Made by a program: the position numbers and the translations under genes. Below are positions 24,001-36,000 of a DNA stretch of 64,000 nt, piece by piece. The DNA lies in the NCBI GenBank assembly GCA_000004985.1, contig GG738932.1; one strand, written 5' to 3'. Position 1 is the first letter of the stretch. Each line of letters starts with the position of its first letter. The notes beneath the pieces were generated by a model. The model saw nothing but the letters and a program-made list of their open reading frames with translations. It searched no databases and was not told the DNA's origin. This stretch comes from Naegleria gruberi. Taxonomy: Eukaryota.

Positions 24001-27000
24001 NNNNNNNNNNNNNNNNNNNNNNNNNNNNNNNNNNNNNNNNNNNNNNNNNNNNNNNNNNNNNNNNNNNNNNNNNNNNNNNNNNNNNNNNNNNNNNNNNNNN
24101 NNNNNNNNNNNNNNNNNNNNNNNNNNNNNNNNNNNNNNNNNNNNNNNNNNNNNNNNNNNNNNNNNNNNNNNNNNNNNNNNNNNNNNNNNNNNNNNNNNNN
24201 NNNNNNNNNNNNNNNNNNNNNNNNNNNNNNNNNNNNNNNNNNNNNNNNNNNNNNNNNNNNNNNNNNNNNNNNNNNNNNNNNNNNNNNNNNNNNNNNNNNN
24301 NNNNNNNNNNNNNNNNNNNNNNNNNNNNNNNNNNNNNNNNNNNNNNNNNNNNNNNNNNNNNNNNNNNNNNNNNNNNNNNNNNNNNNNNNNNNNNNNNNNN
24401 NNNNNNNNNNNNNNNNNNNNNNNNNNNNNNNNNNNNNNNNNNNNNNNNNNNNNNNNNNNNNNNNNNNNNNNNNNNNNNNNNNNNNNNNNNNNNNNNNNNN
24501 NNNNNNNNNNNNNNNNNNNNNNNNNNNNNNNNNNNNNNNNNNNNNNNNNNNNNNNNNNNNNNNNNNNNNNNNNNNNNNNNNNNNNNNNNNNNNNNNNNNN
24601 NNNNNNNNNNNNNNNNNNNNNNNNNNNNNNNNNNNNNNNNNNNNNNNNNNNNNNNNNNNNNNNNNNNNNNNNNNNNNNNNNNNNNNNNNNNNNNNNNNNN
24701 NNNNNNNNNNNNNNNNNNNNNNNNNNNNNNNNNNNNNNNNNNNNNNNNNNNNNNNNNNNNNNNNNNNNNNNNNNNNNNNNNNNNNNNNNNNNNNNNNNNN
24801 NNNNNNNNNNNNNNNNNNNNNNNNNNNNNNNNNNNNNNNNNNNNNNNNNNNNNNNNNNNNNNNNNNNNNNNNNNNNNNNNNNNNNNNNNNNNNNNNNNNN
24901 NNNNNNNNNNNNNNNNNNNNNNNNNNNNNNNNNNNNNNNNNNNNNNNNNNNNNNNNNNNNNNNNNNNNNNNNNNNNNNNNNNNNNNNNNNNNNNNNNNNN
25001 NNNNNNNNNNNNNNNNNNNNNNNNNNNNNNNNNNNNNNNNNNNNNNNNNNNNNNNNNNNNNNNNNNNNNNNNNNNNNNNNNNNNNNNNNNNNNNNNNNNN
25101 NNNNNNNNNNNNNNNNNNNNNNNNNNNNNNNNNNNNNNNNNNNNNNNNNNNNNNNNNNNNNNNNNNNNNNNNNNNNNNNNNNNNNNNNNNNNNNNNNNNN
25201 NNNNNNNNNNNNNNNNNNNNNNNNNNNNNNNNNNNNNNNNNNNNNNNNNNNNNNNNNNNNNNNNNNNNNNNNNNNNNNNNNNNNNNNNNNNNNNNNNNNN
25301 NNNNNNNNNNNNNNNNNNNNNNNNNNNNNNNNNNNNNNNNNNNNNNNNNNNNNNNNNNNNNNNNNNNNNNNNNNNNNNNNNNNNNNNNNNNNNNNNNNNN
25401 NNNNNNNNNNNNNNNNNNNNNNNNNNNNNNNNNNNNNNNNNNNNNNNNNNNNNNNNNNNNNNNNNNNNNNNNNNNNNNNNNNNNNNNNNNNNNNNNNNNN
25501 NNNNNNNNNNNNNNNNNNNNNNNNNNNNNNNNNNNNNNNNNNNNNNNNNNNNNNNNNNNNNNNNNNNNNNNNNNNNNNNNNNNNNNNNNNNNNNNNNNNN
25601 NNNNNNNNNNNNNNNNNNNNNNNNNNNNNNNNNNNNNNNNNNNNNNNNNNNNNNNNNNNNNNNNNNNNNNNNNNNNNNNNNNNNNNNNNNNNNNNNNNNN
25701 NNNNNNNNNNNNNNNNNNNNNNNNNNNNNNNNNNNNNNNNNNNNNNNNNNNNNNNNNNNNNNNNNNNNNNNNNNNNNNNNNNNNNNNNNNNNNNNNNNNN
25801 NNNNNNNNNNNNNNNNNNNNNNNNNNNNNNNNNNNNNNNNNNNNNNNNNNNNNNNNNNNNNNNNNNNNNNNNNNNNNNNNNNNNNNNNNNNNNNNNNNNN
25901 NNNNNNNNNNNNNNNNNNNNNNNNNNNNNNNNNNNNNNNNNNNNNNNNNNNNNNNNNNNNNNNNNNNNNNNNNNNNNNNNNNNNNNNNNNNNNNNNNNNN
26001 NNNNNNNNNNNNNNNNNNNNNNNNNNNNNNNNNNNNNNNNNNNNNNNNNNNNNNNNNNNNNNNNNNNNNNNNNNNNNNNNNNNNNNNNNNNNNNNNNNNN
26101 NNNNNNNNNNNNNNNNNNNNNNNNNNNNNNNNNNNNNNNNNNNNNNNNNNNNNNNNNNNNNNNNNNNNNNNNNNNNNNNNNNNNNNNNNNNNNNNNNNNN
26201 NNNNNNNNNNNNNNNNNNNNNNNNNNNNNNNNNNNNNNNNNNNNNNNNNNNNNNNNNNNNNNNNNNNNNNNNNNNNNNNNNNNNNNNNNNNNNNNNNNNN
26301 NNNNNNNNNNNNNNNNNNNNNNNNNNNNNNNNNNNNNNNNNNNNNNNNNNNNNNNNNNNNNNNNNNNNNNNNNNNNNNNNNNNNNNNNNNNNNNNNNNNN
26401 NNNNNNNNNNNNNNNNNNNNNNNNNNNNNNNNNNNNNNNNNNNNNNNNNNNNNNNNNNNNNNNNNNNNNNNNNNNNNNNNNNNNNNNNNNNNNNNNNNNN
26501 NNNNNNNNNNNNNNNNNNNNNNNNNNNNNNNNNNNNNNNNNNNNNNNNNNNNNNNNNNNNNNNNNNNNNNNNNNNNNNNNNNNNNNNNNNNNNNNNNNNN
26601 NNNNNNNNNNNNNNNNNNNNNNNNNNNNNNNNNNNNNNNNNNNNNNNNNNNNNNNNNNNNNNNNNNNNNNNNNNNNNNNNNNNNNNNNNNNNNNNNNNNN
26701 NNNNNNNNNNNNNNNNNNNNNNNNNNNNNNNNNNNNNNNNNNNNNNNNNNNNNNNNNNNNNNNNNNNNNNNNNNNNNNNNNNNNNNNNNNNNNNNNNNNN
26801 NNNNNNNNNNNNNNNNNNNNNNNNNNNNNNNNNNNNNNNNNNNNNNNNNNNNNNNNNNNNNNNNNNNNNNNNNNNNNNNNNNNNNNNNNNNNNNNNNNNN
26901 NNNNNNNNNNNNNNNNNNNNNNNNNNNNNNNNNNNNNNNNNNNNNNNNNNNNNNNNNNNNNNNNNNNNNNNNNNNNNNNNNNNNNNNNNNNNNNNNNNNN

Positions 27001-30000
27001 NNNNNNNNNNNNNNNNNNNNNNNNNNNNNNNNNNNNNNNNNNNNNNNNNNNNNNNNNNNNNNNNNNNNNNNNNNNNNNNNNNNNNNNNNNNNNNNNNNNN
27101 NNNNNNNNNNNNNNNNNNNNNNNNNNNNNNNNNNNNNNNNNNNNNNNNNNNNNNNNNNNNNNNNNNNNNNNNNNNNNNNNNNNNNNNNNNNNNNNNNNNN
27201 NNNNNNNNNNNNNNNNNNNNNNNNNNNNNNNNNNNNNNNNNNNNNNNNNNNNNNNNNNNNNNNNNNNNNNNNNNNNNNNNNNNNNNNNNNNNNNNNNNNN
27301 NNNNNNNNNNNNNNNNNNNNNNNNNNNNNNNNNNNNNNNNNNNNNNNNNNNNNNNNNNNNNNNNNNNNNNNNNNNNNNNNNNNNNNNNNNNNNNNNNNNN
27401 NNNNNNNNNNNNNNNNNNNNNNNNNNNNNNNNNNNNNNNNNNNNNNNNNNNNNNNNNNNNNNNNNNNNNNNNNNNNNNNNNNNNNNNNNNNNNNNNNNNN
27501 NNNNNNNNNNNNNNNNNNNNNNNNNNNNNNNNNNNNNNNNNNNNNNNNNNNNNNNNNNNNNNNNNNNNNNNNNNNNNNNNNNNNNNNNNNNNNNNNNNNN
27601 NNNNNNNNNNNNNNNNNNNNNNNNNNNNNNNNNNNNNNNNNNNNNNNNNNNNNNNNNNNNNNNNNNNNNNNNNNNNNNNNNNNNNNNNNNNNNNNNNNNN
27701 NNNNNNNNNNNNNNNNNNNNNNNNNNNNNNNNNNNNNNNNNNNNNNNNNNNNNNNNNNNNNNNNNNNNNNNNNNNNNNNNNNNNNNNNNNNNNNNNNNNN
27801 NNNNNNNNNNNNNNNNNNNNNNNNNNNNNNNNNNNNNNNNNNNNNNNNNNNNNNNNNNNNNNNNNNNNNNNNNNNNNNNNNNNNNNNNNNNNNNNNNNNN
27901 NNNNNNNNNNNNNNNNNNNNNNNNNNNNNNNNNNNNNNNNNNNNNNNNNNNNNNNNNNNNNNNNNNNNNNNNNNNNNNNNNNNNNNNNNNNNNNNNNNNN
28001 NNNNNNNNNNNNNNNNNNNNNNNNNNNNNNNNNNNNNNNNNNNNNNNNNNNNNNNNNNNNNNNNNNNNNNNNNNNNNNNNNNNNNNNNNNNNNNNNNNNN
28101 NNNNNNNNNNNNNNNNNNNNNNNNNNNNNNNNNNNNNNNNNNNNNNNNNNNNNNNNNNNNNNNNNNNNNNNNNNNNNNNNNNNNNNNNNNNNNNNNNNNN
28201 NNNNNNNNNNNNNNNNNNNNNNNNNNNNNNNNNNNNNNNNNNNNNNNNNNNNNNNNNNNNNNNNNNNNNNNNNNNNNNNNNNNNNNNNNNNNNNNNNNNN
28301 NNNNNNNNNNNNNNNNNNNNNNNNNNNNNNNNNNNNNNNNNNNNNNNNNNNNNNNNNNNNNNNNNNNNNNNNNNNNNNNNNNNNNNNNNNNNNNNNNNNN
28401 NNNNNNNNNNNNNNNNNNNNNNNNNNNNNNNNNNNNNNNNNNNNNNNNNNNNNNNNNNNNNNNNNNNNNNNNNNNNNNNNNNNNNNNNNNNNNNNNNNNN
28501 NNNNNNNNNNNNNNNNNNNNNNNNNNNNNNNNNNNNNNNNNNNNNNNNNNNNNNNNNNNNNNNNNNNNNNNNNNNNNNNNNNNNNNNNNNNNNNNNNNNN
28601 NNNNNNNNNNNNNNNNNNNNNNNNNNNNNNNNNNNNNNNNNNNNNNNNNNNNNNNNNNNNNNNNNNNNNNNNNNNNNNNNNNNNNNNNNNNNNNNNNNNN
28701 NNNNNNNNNNNNNNNNNNNNNNNNNNNNNNNNNNNNNNNNNNNNNNNNNNNNNNNNNNNNNNNNNNNNNNNNNNNNNNNNNNNNNNNNNNNNNNNNNNNN
28801 NNNNNNNNNNNNNNNNNNNNNNNNNNNNNNNNNNNNNNNNNNNNNNNNNNNNNNNNNNNNNNNNNNNNNNNNNNNNNNNNNNNNNNNNNNNNNNNNNNNN
28901 NNNNNNNNNNNNNNNNNNNNNNNNNNNNNNNNNNNNNNNNNNNNNNNNNNNNNNNNNNNNNNNNNNNNNNNNNNNNNNNNNNNNNNNNNNNNNNNNNNNN
29001 NNNNNNNNNNNNNNNNNNNNNNNNNNNNNNNNNNNNNNNNNNNNNNNNNNNNNNNNNNNNNNNNNNNNNNNNNNNNNNNNNNNNNNNNNNNNNNNNNNNN
29101 NNNNNNNNNNNNNNNNNNNNNNNNNNNNNNNNNNNNNNNNNNNNNNNNNNNNNNNNNNNNNNNNNNNNNNNNNNNNNNNNNNNNNNNNNNNNNNNNNNNN
29201 NNNNNNNNNNNNNNNNNNNNNNNNNNNNNNNNNNNNNNNNNNNNNNNNNNNNNNNNNNNNNNNNNNNNNNNNNNNNNNNNNNNNNNNNNNNNNNNNNNNN
29301 NNNNNNNNNNNNNNNNNNNNNNNNNNNNNNNNNNNNNNNNNNNNNNNNNNNNNNNNNNNNNNNNNNNNNNNNNNNNNNNNNNNNNNNNNNNNNNNNNNNN
29401 NNNNNNNNNNNNNNNNNNNNNNNNNNNNNNNNNNNNNNNNNNNNNNNNNNNNNNNNNNNNNNNNNNNNNNNNNNNNNNNNNNNNNNNNNNNNNNNNNNNN
29501 NNNNNNNNNNNNNNNNNNNNNNNNNNNNNNNNNNNNNNNNNNNNNNNNNNNNNNNNNNNNNNNNNNNNNNNNNNNNNNNNNNNNNNNNNNNNNNNNNNNN
29601 NNNNNNNNNNNNNNNNNNNNNNNNNNNNNNNNNNNNNNNNNNNNNNNNNNNNNNNNNNNNNNNNNNNNNNNNNNNNNNNNNNNNNNNNNNNNNNNNNNNN
29701 NNNNNNNNNNNNNNNNNNNNNNNNNNNNNNNNNNNNNNNNNNNNNNNNNNNNNNNNNNNNNNNNNNNNNNNNNNNNNNNNNNNNNNNNNNNNNNNNNNNN
29801 NNNNNNNNNNNNNNNNNNNNNNNNNNNNNNNNNNNNNNNNNNNNNNNNNNNNNNNNNNNNNNNNNNNNNNNNNNNNNNNNNNNNNNNNNNNNNNNNNNNN
29901 NNNNNNNNNNNNNNNNNNNNNNNNNNNNNNNNNNNNNNNNNNNNNNNNNNNNNNNNNNNNNNNNNNNNNNNNNNNNNNNNNNNNNNNNNNNNNNNNNNNN

Positions 30001-33000
30001 NNNNNNNNNNNNNNNNNNNNNNNNNNNNNNNNNNNNNNNNNNNNNNNNNNNNNNNNNNNNNNNNNNNNNNNNNNNNNNNNNNNNNNNNNNNNNNNNNNNN
30101 NNNNNNNNNNNNNNNNNNNNNNNNNNNNNNNNNNNNNNNNNNNNNNNNNNNNNNNNNNNNNNNNNNNNNNNNNNNNNNNNNNNNNNNNNNNNNNNNNNNN
30201 NNNNNNNNNNNNNNNNNNNNNNNNNNNNNNNNNNNNNNNNNNNNNNNNNNNNNNNNNNNNNNNNNNNNNNNNNNNNNNNNNNNNNNNNNNNNNNNNNNNN
30301 NNNNNNNNNNNNNNNNNNNNNNNNNNNNNNNNNNNNNNNNNNNNNNNNNNNNNNNNNNNNNNNNNNNNNNNNNNNNNNNNNNNNNNNNNNNNNNNNNNNN
30401 NNNNNNNNNNNNNNNNNNNNNNNNNNNNNNNNNNNNNNNNNNNNNNNNNNNNNNNNNNNNNNNNNNNNNNNNNNNNNNNNNNNNNNNNNNNNNNNNNNNN
30501 NNNNNNNNNNNNNNNNNNNNNNNNNNNNNNNNNNNNNNNNNNNNNNNNNNNNNNNNNNNNNNNNNNNNNNNNNNNNNNNNNNNNNNNNNNNNNNNNNNNN
30601 NNNNNNNNNNNNNNNNNNNNNNNNNNNNNNNNNNNNNNNNNNNNNNNNNNNNNNNNNNNNNNNNNNNNNNNNNNNNNNNNNNNNNNNNNNNNNNNNNNNN
30701 NNNNNNNNNNNNNNNNNNNNNNNNNNNNNNNNNNNNNNNNNNNNNNNNNNNNNNNNNNNNNNNNNNNNNNNNNNNNNNNNNNNNNNNNNNNNNNNNNNNN
30801 NNNNNNNNNNNNNNNNNNNNNNNNNNNNNNNNNNNNNNNNNNNNNNNNNNNNNNNNNNNNNNNNNNNNNNNNNNNNNNNNNNNNNNNNNNNNNNNNNNNN
30901 NNNNNNNNNNNNNNNNNNNNNNNNNNNNNNNNNNNNNNNNNNNNNNNNNNNNNNNNNNNNNNNNNNNNNNNNNNNNNNNNNNNNNNNNNNNNNNNNNNNN
31001 NNNNNNNNNNNNNNNNNNNNNNNNNNNNNNNNNNNNNNNNNNNNNNNNNNNNNNNNNNNNNNNNNNNNNNNNNNNNNNNNNNNNNNNNNNNNNNNNNNNN
31101 NNNNNNNNNNNNNNNNNNNNNNNNNNNNNNNNNNNNNNNNNNNNNNNNNNNNNNNNNNNNNNNNNNNNNNNNNNNNNNNNNNNNNNNNNNNNNNNNNNNN
31201 NNNNNNNNNNNNNNNNNNNNNNNNNNNNNNNNNNNNNNNNNNNNNNNNNNNNNNNNNNNNNNNNNNNNNNNNNNNNNNNNNNNNNNNNNNNNNNNNNNNN
31301 NNNNNNNNNNNNNNNNNNNNNNNNNNNNNNNNNNNNNNNNNNNNNNNNNNNNNNNNNNNNNNNNNNNNNNNNNNNNNNNNNNNNNNNNNNNNNNNNNNNN
31401 NNNNNNNNNNNNNNNNNNNNNNNNNNNNNNNNNNNNNNNNNNNNNNNNNNNNNNNNNNNNNNNNNNNNNNNNNNNNNNNNNNNNNNNNNNNNNNNNNNNN
31501 NNNNNNNNNNNNNNNNNNNNNNNNNNNNNNNNNNNNNNNNNNNNNNNNNNNNNNNNNNNNNNNNNNNNNNNNNNNNNNNNNNNNNNNNNNNNNNNNNNNN
31601 NNNNNNNNNNNNNNNNNNNNNNNNNNNNNNNNNNNNNNNNNNNNNNNNNNNNNNNNNNNNNNNNNNNNNNNNNNNNNNNNNNNNNNNNNNNNNNNNNNNN
31701 NNNNNNNNNNNNNNNNNNNNNNNNNNNNNNNNNNNNNNNNNNNNNNNNNNNNNNNNNNNNNNNNNNNNNNNNNNNNNNNNNNNNNNNNNNNNNNNNNNNN
31801 NNNNNNNNNNNNNNNNNNNNNNNNNNNNNNNNNNNNNNNNNNNNNNNNNNNNNNNNNNNNNNNNNNNNNNNNNNNNNNNNNNNNNNNNNNNNNNNNNNNN
31901 NNNNNNNNNNNNNNNNNNNNNNNNNNNNNNNNNNNNNNNNNNNNNNNNNNNNNNNNNNNNNNNNNNNNNNNNNNNNNNNNNNNNNNNNNNNNNNNNNNNN
32001 NNNNNNNNNNNNNNNNNNNNNNNNNNNNNNNNNNNNNNNNNNNNNNNNNNNNNNNNNNNNNNNNNNNNNNNNNNNNNNNNNNNNNNNNNNNNNNNNNNNN
32101 NNNNNNNNNNNNNNNNNNNNNNNNNNNNNNNNNNNNNNNNNNNNNNNNNNNNNNNNNNNNNNNNNNNNNNNNNNNNNNNNNNNNNNNNNNNNNNNNNNNN
32201 NNNNNNNNNNNNNNNNNNNNNNNNNNNNNNNNNNNNNNNNNNNNNNNNNNNNNNNNNNNNNNNNNNNNNNNNNNNNNNNNNNNNNNNNNNNNNNNNNNNN
32301 NNNNNNNNNNNNNNNNNNNNNNNNNNNNNNNNNNNNNNNNNNNNNNNNNNNNNNNNNNNNNNNNNNNNNNNNNNNNNNNNNNNNNNNNNNNNNNNNNNNN
32401 NNNNNNNNNNNNNNNNNNNNNNNNNNNNNNNNNNNNNNNNNNNNNNNNNNNNNNNNNNNNNNNNNNNNNNNNNNNNNNNNNNNNNNNNNNNNNNNNNNNN
32501 NNNNNNNNNNNNNNNNNNNNNNNNNNNNNNNNNNNNNNNNNNNNNNNNNNNNNNNNNNNNNNNNNNNNNNNNNNNNNNNNNNNNNNNNNNNNNNNNNNNN
32601 NNNNNNNNNNNNNNNNNNNNNNNNNNNNNNNNNNNNNNNNNNNNNNNNNNNNNNNNNNNNNNNNNNNNNNNNNNNNNNNNNNNNNNNNNNNNNNNNNNNN
32701 NNNNNNNNNNNNNNNNNNNNNNNNNNNNNNNNNNNNNNNNNNNNNNNNNNNNNNNNNNNNNNNNNNNNNNNNNNNNNNNNNNNNNNNNNNNNNNNNNNNN
32801 NNNNNNNNNNNNNNNNNNNNNNNNNNNNNNNNNNNNNNNNNNNNNNNNNNNNNNNNNNNNNNNNNNNNNNNNNNNNNNNNNNNNNNNNNNNNNNNNNNNN
32901 NNNNNNNNNNNNNNNNNNNNNNNNNNNNNNNNNNNNNNNNNNNNNNNNNNNNNNNNNNNNNNNNNNNNNNNNNNNNNNNNNNNNNNNNNNNNNNNNNNNN

Positions 33001-36000
33001 NNNNNNNNNNNNNNNNNNNNNNNNNNNNNNNNNNNNNNNNNNNNNNNNNNNNNNNNNNNNNNNNNNNNNNNNNNNNNNNNNNNNNNNNNNNNNNNNNNNN
33101 NNNNNNNNNNNNNNNNNNNNNNNNNNNNNNNNNNNNNNNNNNNNNNNNNNNNNNNNNNNNNNNNNNNNNNNNNNNNNNNNNNNNNNNNNNNNNNNNNNNN
33201 NNNNNNNNNNNNNNNNNNNNNNNNNNNNNNNNNNNNNNNNNNNNNNNNNNNNNNNNNNNNNNNNNNNNNNNNNNNNNNNNNNNNNNNNNNNNNNNNNNNN
33301 NNNNNNNNNNNNNNNNNNNNNNNNNNNNNNNNNNNNNNNNNNNNNNNNNNNNNNNNNNNNNNNNNNNNNNNNNNNNNNNNNNNNNNNNNNNNNNNNNNNN
33401 NNNNNNNNNNNNNNNNNNNNNNNNNNNNNNNNNNNNNNNNNNNNNNNNNNNNNNNNNNNNNNNNNNNNNNNNNNNNNNNNNNNNNNNNNNNNNNNNNNNN
33501 NNNNNNNNNNNNNNNNNNNNNNNNNNNNNNNNNNNNNNNNNNNNNNNNNNNNNNNNNNNNNNNNNNNNNNNNNNNNNNNNNNNNNNNNNNNNNNNNNNNN
33601 NNNNNNNNNNNNNNNNNNNNNNNNNNNNNNNNNNNNNNNNNNNNNNNNNNNNNNNNNNNNNNNNNNNNNNNNNNNNNNNNNNNNNNNNNNNNNNNNNNNN
33701 NNNNNNNNNNNNNNNNNNNNNNNNNNNNNNNNNNNNNNNNNNNNNNNNNNNNNNNNNNNNNNNNNNNNNNNNNNNNNNNNNNNNNNNNNNNNNNNNNNNN
33801 NNNNNNNNNNNNNNNNNNNNNNNNNNNNNNNNNNNNNNNNNNNNNNNNNNNNNNNNNNNNNNNNNNNNNNNNNNNNNNNNNNNNNNNNNNNNNNNNNNNN
33901 NNNNNNNNNNNNNNNNNNNNNNNNNNNNNNNNNNNNNNNNNNNNNNNNNNNNNNNNNNNNNNNNNNNNNNNNNNNNNNNNNNNNNNNNNNNNNNNNNNNN
34001 NNNNNNNNNNNNNNNNNNNNNNNNNNNNNNNNNNNNNNNNNNNNNNNNNNNNNNNNNNNNNNNNNNNNNNNNNNNNNNNNNNNNNNNNNNNNNNNNNNNN
34101 NNNNNNNNNNNNNNNNNNNNNNNNNNNNNNNNNNNNNNNNNNNNNNNNNNNNNNNNNNNNNNNNNNNNNNNNNNNNNNNNNNNNNNNNNNNNNNNNNNNN
34201 NNNNNNNNNNNNNNNNNNNNNNNNNNNNNNNNNNNNNNNNNNNNNNNNNNNNNNNNNNNNNNNNNNNNNNNNNNNNNNNNNNNNNNNNNNNNNNNNNNNN
34301 NNNNNNNNNNNNNNNNNNNNNNNNNNNNNNNNNNNNNNNNNNNNNNNNNNNNNNNNNNNNNNNNNNNNNNNNNNNNNNNNNNNNNNNNNNNNNNNNNNNN
34401 NNNNNNNNNNNNNNNNNNNNNNNNNNNNNNNNNNNNNNNNNNNNNNNNNNNNNNNNNNNNNNNNNNNNNNNNNNNNNNNNNNNNNNNNNNNNNNNNNNNN
34501 NNNNNNNNNNNNNNNNNNNNNNNNNNNNNNNNNNNNNNNNNNNNNNNNNNNNNNNNNNNNNNNNNNNNNNNNNNNNNNNNNNNNNNNNNNNNNNNNNNNN
34601 NNNNNNNNNNNNNNNNNNNNNNNNNNNNNNNNNNNNNNNNNNNNNNNNNNNNNNNNNNNNNNNNNNNNNNNNNNNNNNNNNNNNNNNNNNNNNNNNNNNN
34701 NNNNNNNNNNNNNNNNNNNNNNNNNNNNNNNNNNNNNNNNNNNNNNNNNNNNNNNNNNNNNNNNNNNNNNNNNNNNNNNNNNNNNNNNNNNNNNNNNNNN
34801 NNNNNNNNNNNNNNNNNNNNNNNNNNNNNNNNNNNNNNNNNNNNNNNNNNNNNNNNNNNNNNNNNNNNNNNNNNNNNNNNNNNNNNNNNNNNNNNNNNNN
34901 NNNNNNNNNNNNNNNNNNNNNNNNNNNNNNNNNNNNNNNNNNNNNNNNNNNNNNNNNNNNNNNNNNNNNNNNNNNNNNNNNNNNNNNNNNNNNNNNNNNN
35001 NNNNNNNNNNNNNNNNNNNNNNNNNNNNNNNNNNNNNNNNNNNNNNNNNNNNNNNNNNNNNNNNNNNNNNNNNNNNNNNNNNNNNNNNNNNNNNNNNNNN
35101 NNNNNNNNNNNNNNNNNNNNNNNNNNNNNNNNNNNNNNNNNNNNNNNNNNNNNNNNNNNNNNNNNNNNNNNNNNNNNNNNNNNNNNNNNNNNNNNNNNNN
35201 NNNNNNNNNNNNNNNNNNNNNNNNNNNNNNNNNNNNNNNNNNNNNNNNNNNNNNNNNNNNNNNNNNNNNNNNNNNNNNNNNNNNNNNNNNNNNNNNNNNN
35301 NNNNNNNNNNNNNNNNNNNNNNNNNNNNNNNNNNNNNNNNNNNNNNNNNNNNNNNNNNNNNNNNNNNNNNNNNNNNNNNNNNNNNNNNNNNNNNNNNNNN
35401 NNNNNNNNNNNNNNNNNNNNNNNNNNNNNNNNNNNNNNNNNNNNNNNNNNNNNNNNNNNNNNNNNNNNNNNNNNNNNNNNNNNNNNNNNNNNNNNNNNNN
35501 NNNNNNNNNNNNNNNNNNNNNNNNNNNNNNNNNNNNNNNNNNNNNNNNNNNNNNNNNNNNNNNNNNNNNNNNNNNNNNNNNNNNNNNNNNNNNNNNNNNN
35601 NNNNNNNNNNNNNNNNNNNNNNNNNNNNNNNNNNNNNNNNNNNNNNNNNNNNNNNNNNNNNNNNNNNNNNNNNNNNNNNNNNNNNNNNNNNNNNNNNNNN
35701 NNNNNNNNNNNNNNNNNNNNNNNNNNNNNNNNNNNNNNNNNNNNNNNNNNNNNNNNNNNNNNNNNNNNNNNNNNNNNNNNNNNNNNNNNNNNNNNNNNNN
35801 NNNNNNNNNNNNNNNNNNNNNNNNNNNNNNNNNNNNNNNNNNNNNNNNNNNNNNNNNNNNNNNNNNNNNNNNNNNNNNNNNNNNNNNNNNNNNNNNNNNN
35901 NNNNNNNNNNNNNNNNNNNNNNNNNNNNNNNNNNNNNNNNNNNNNNNNNNNNNNNNNNNNNNNNNNNNNNNNNNNNNNNNNNNNNNNNNNNNNNNNNNNN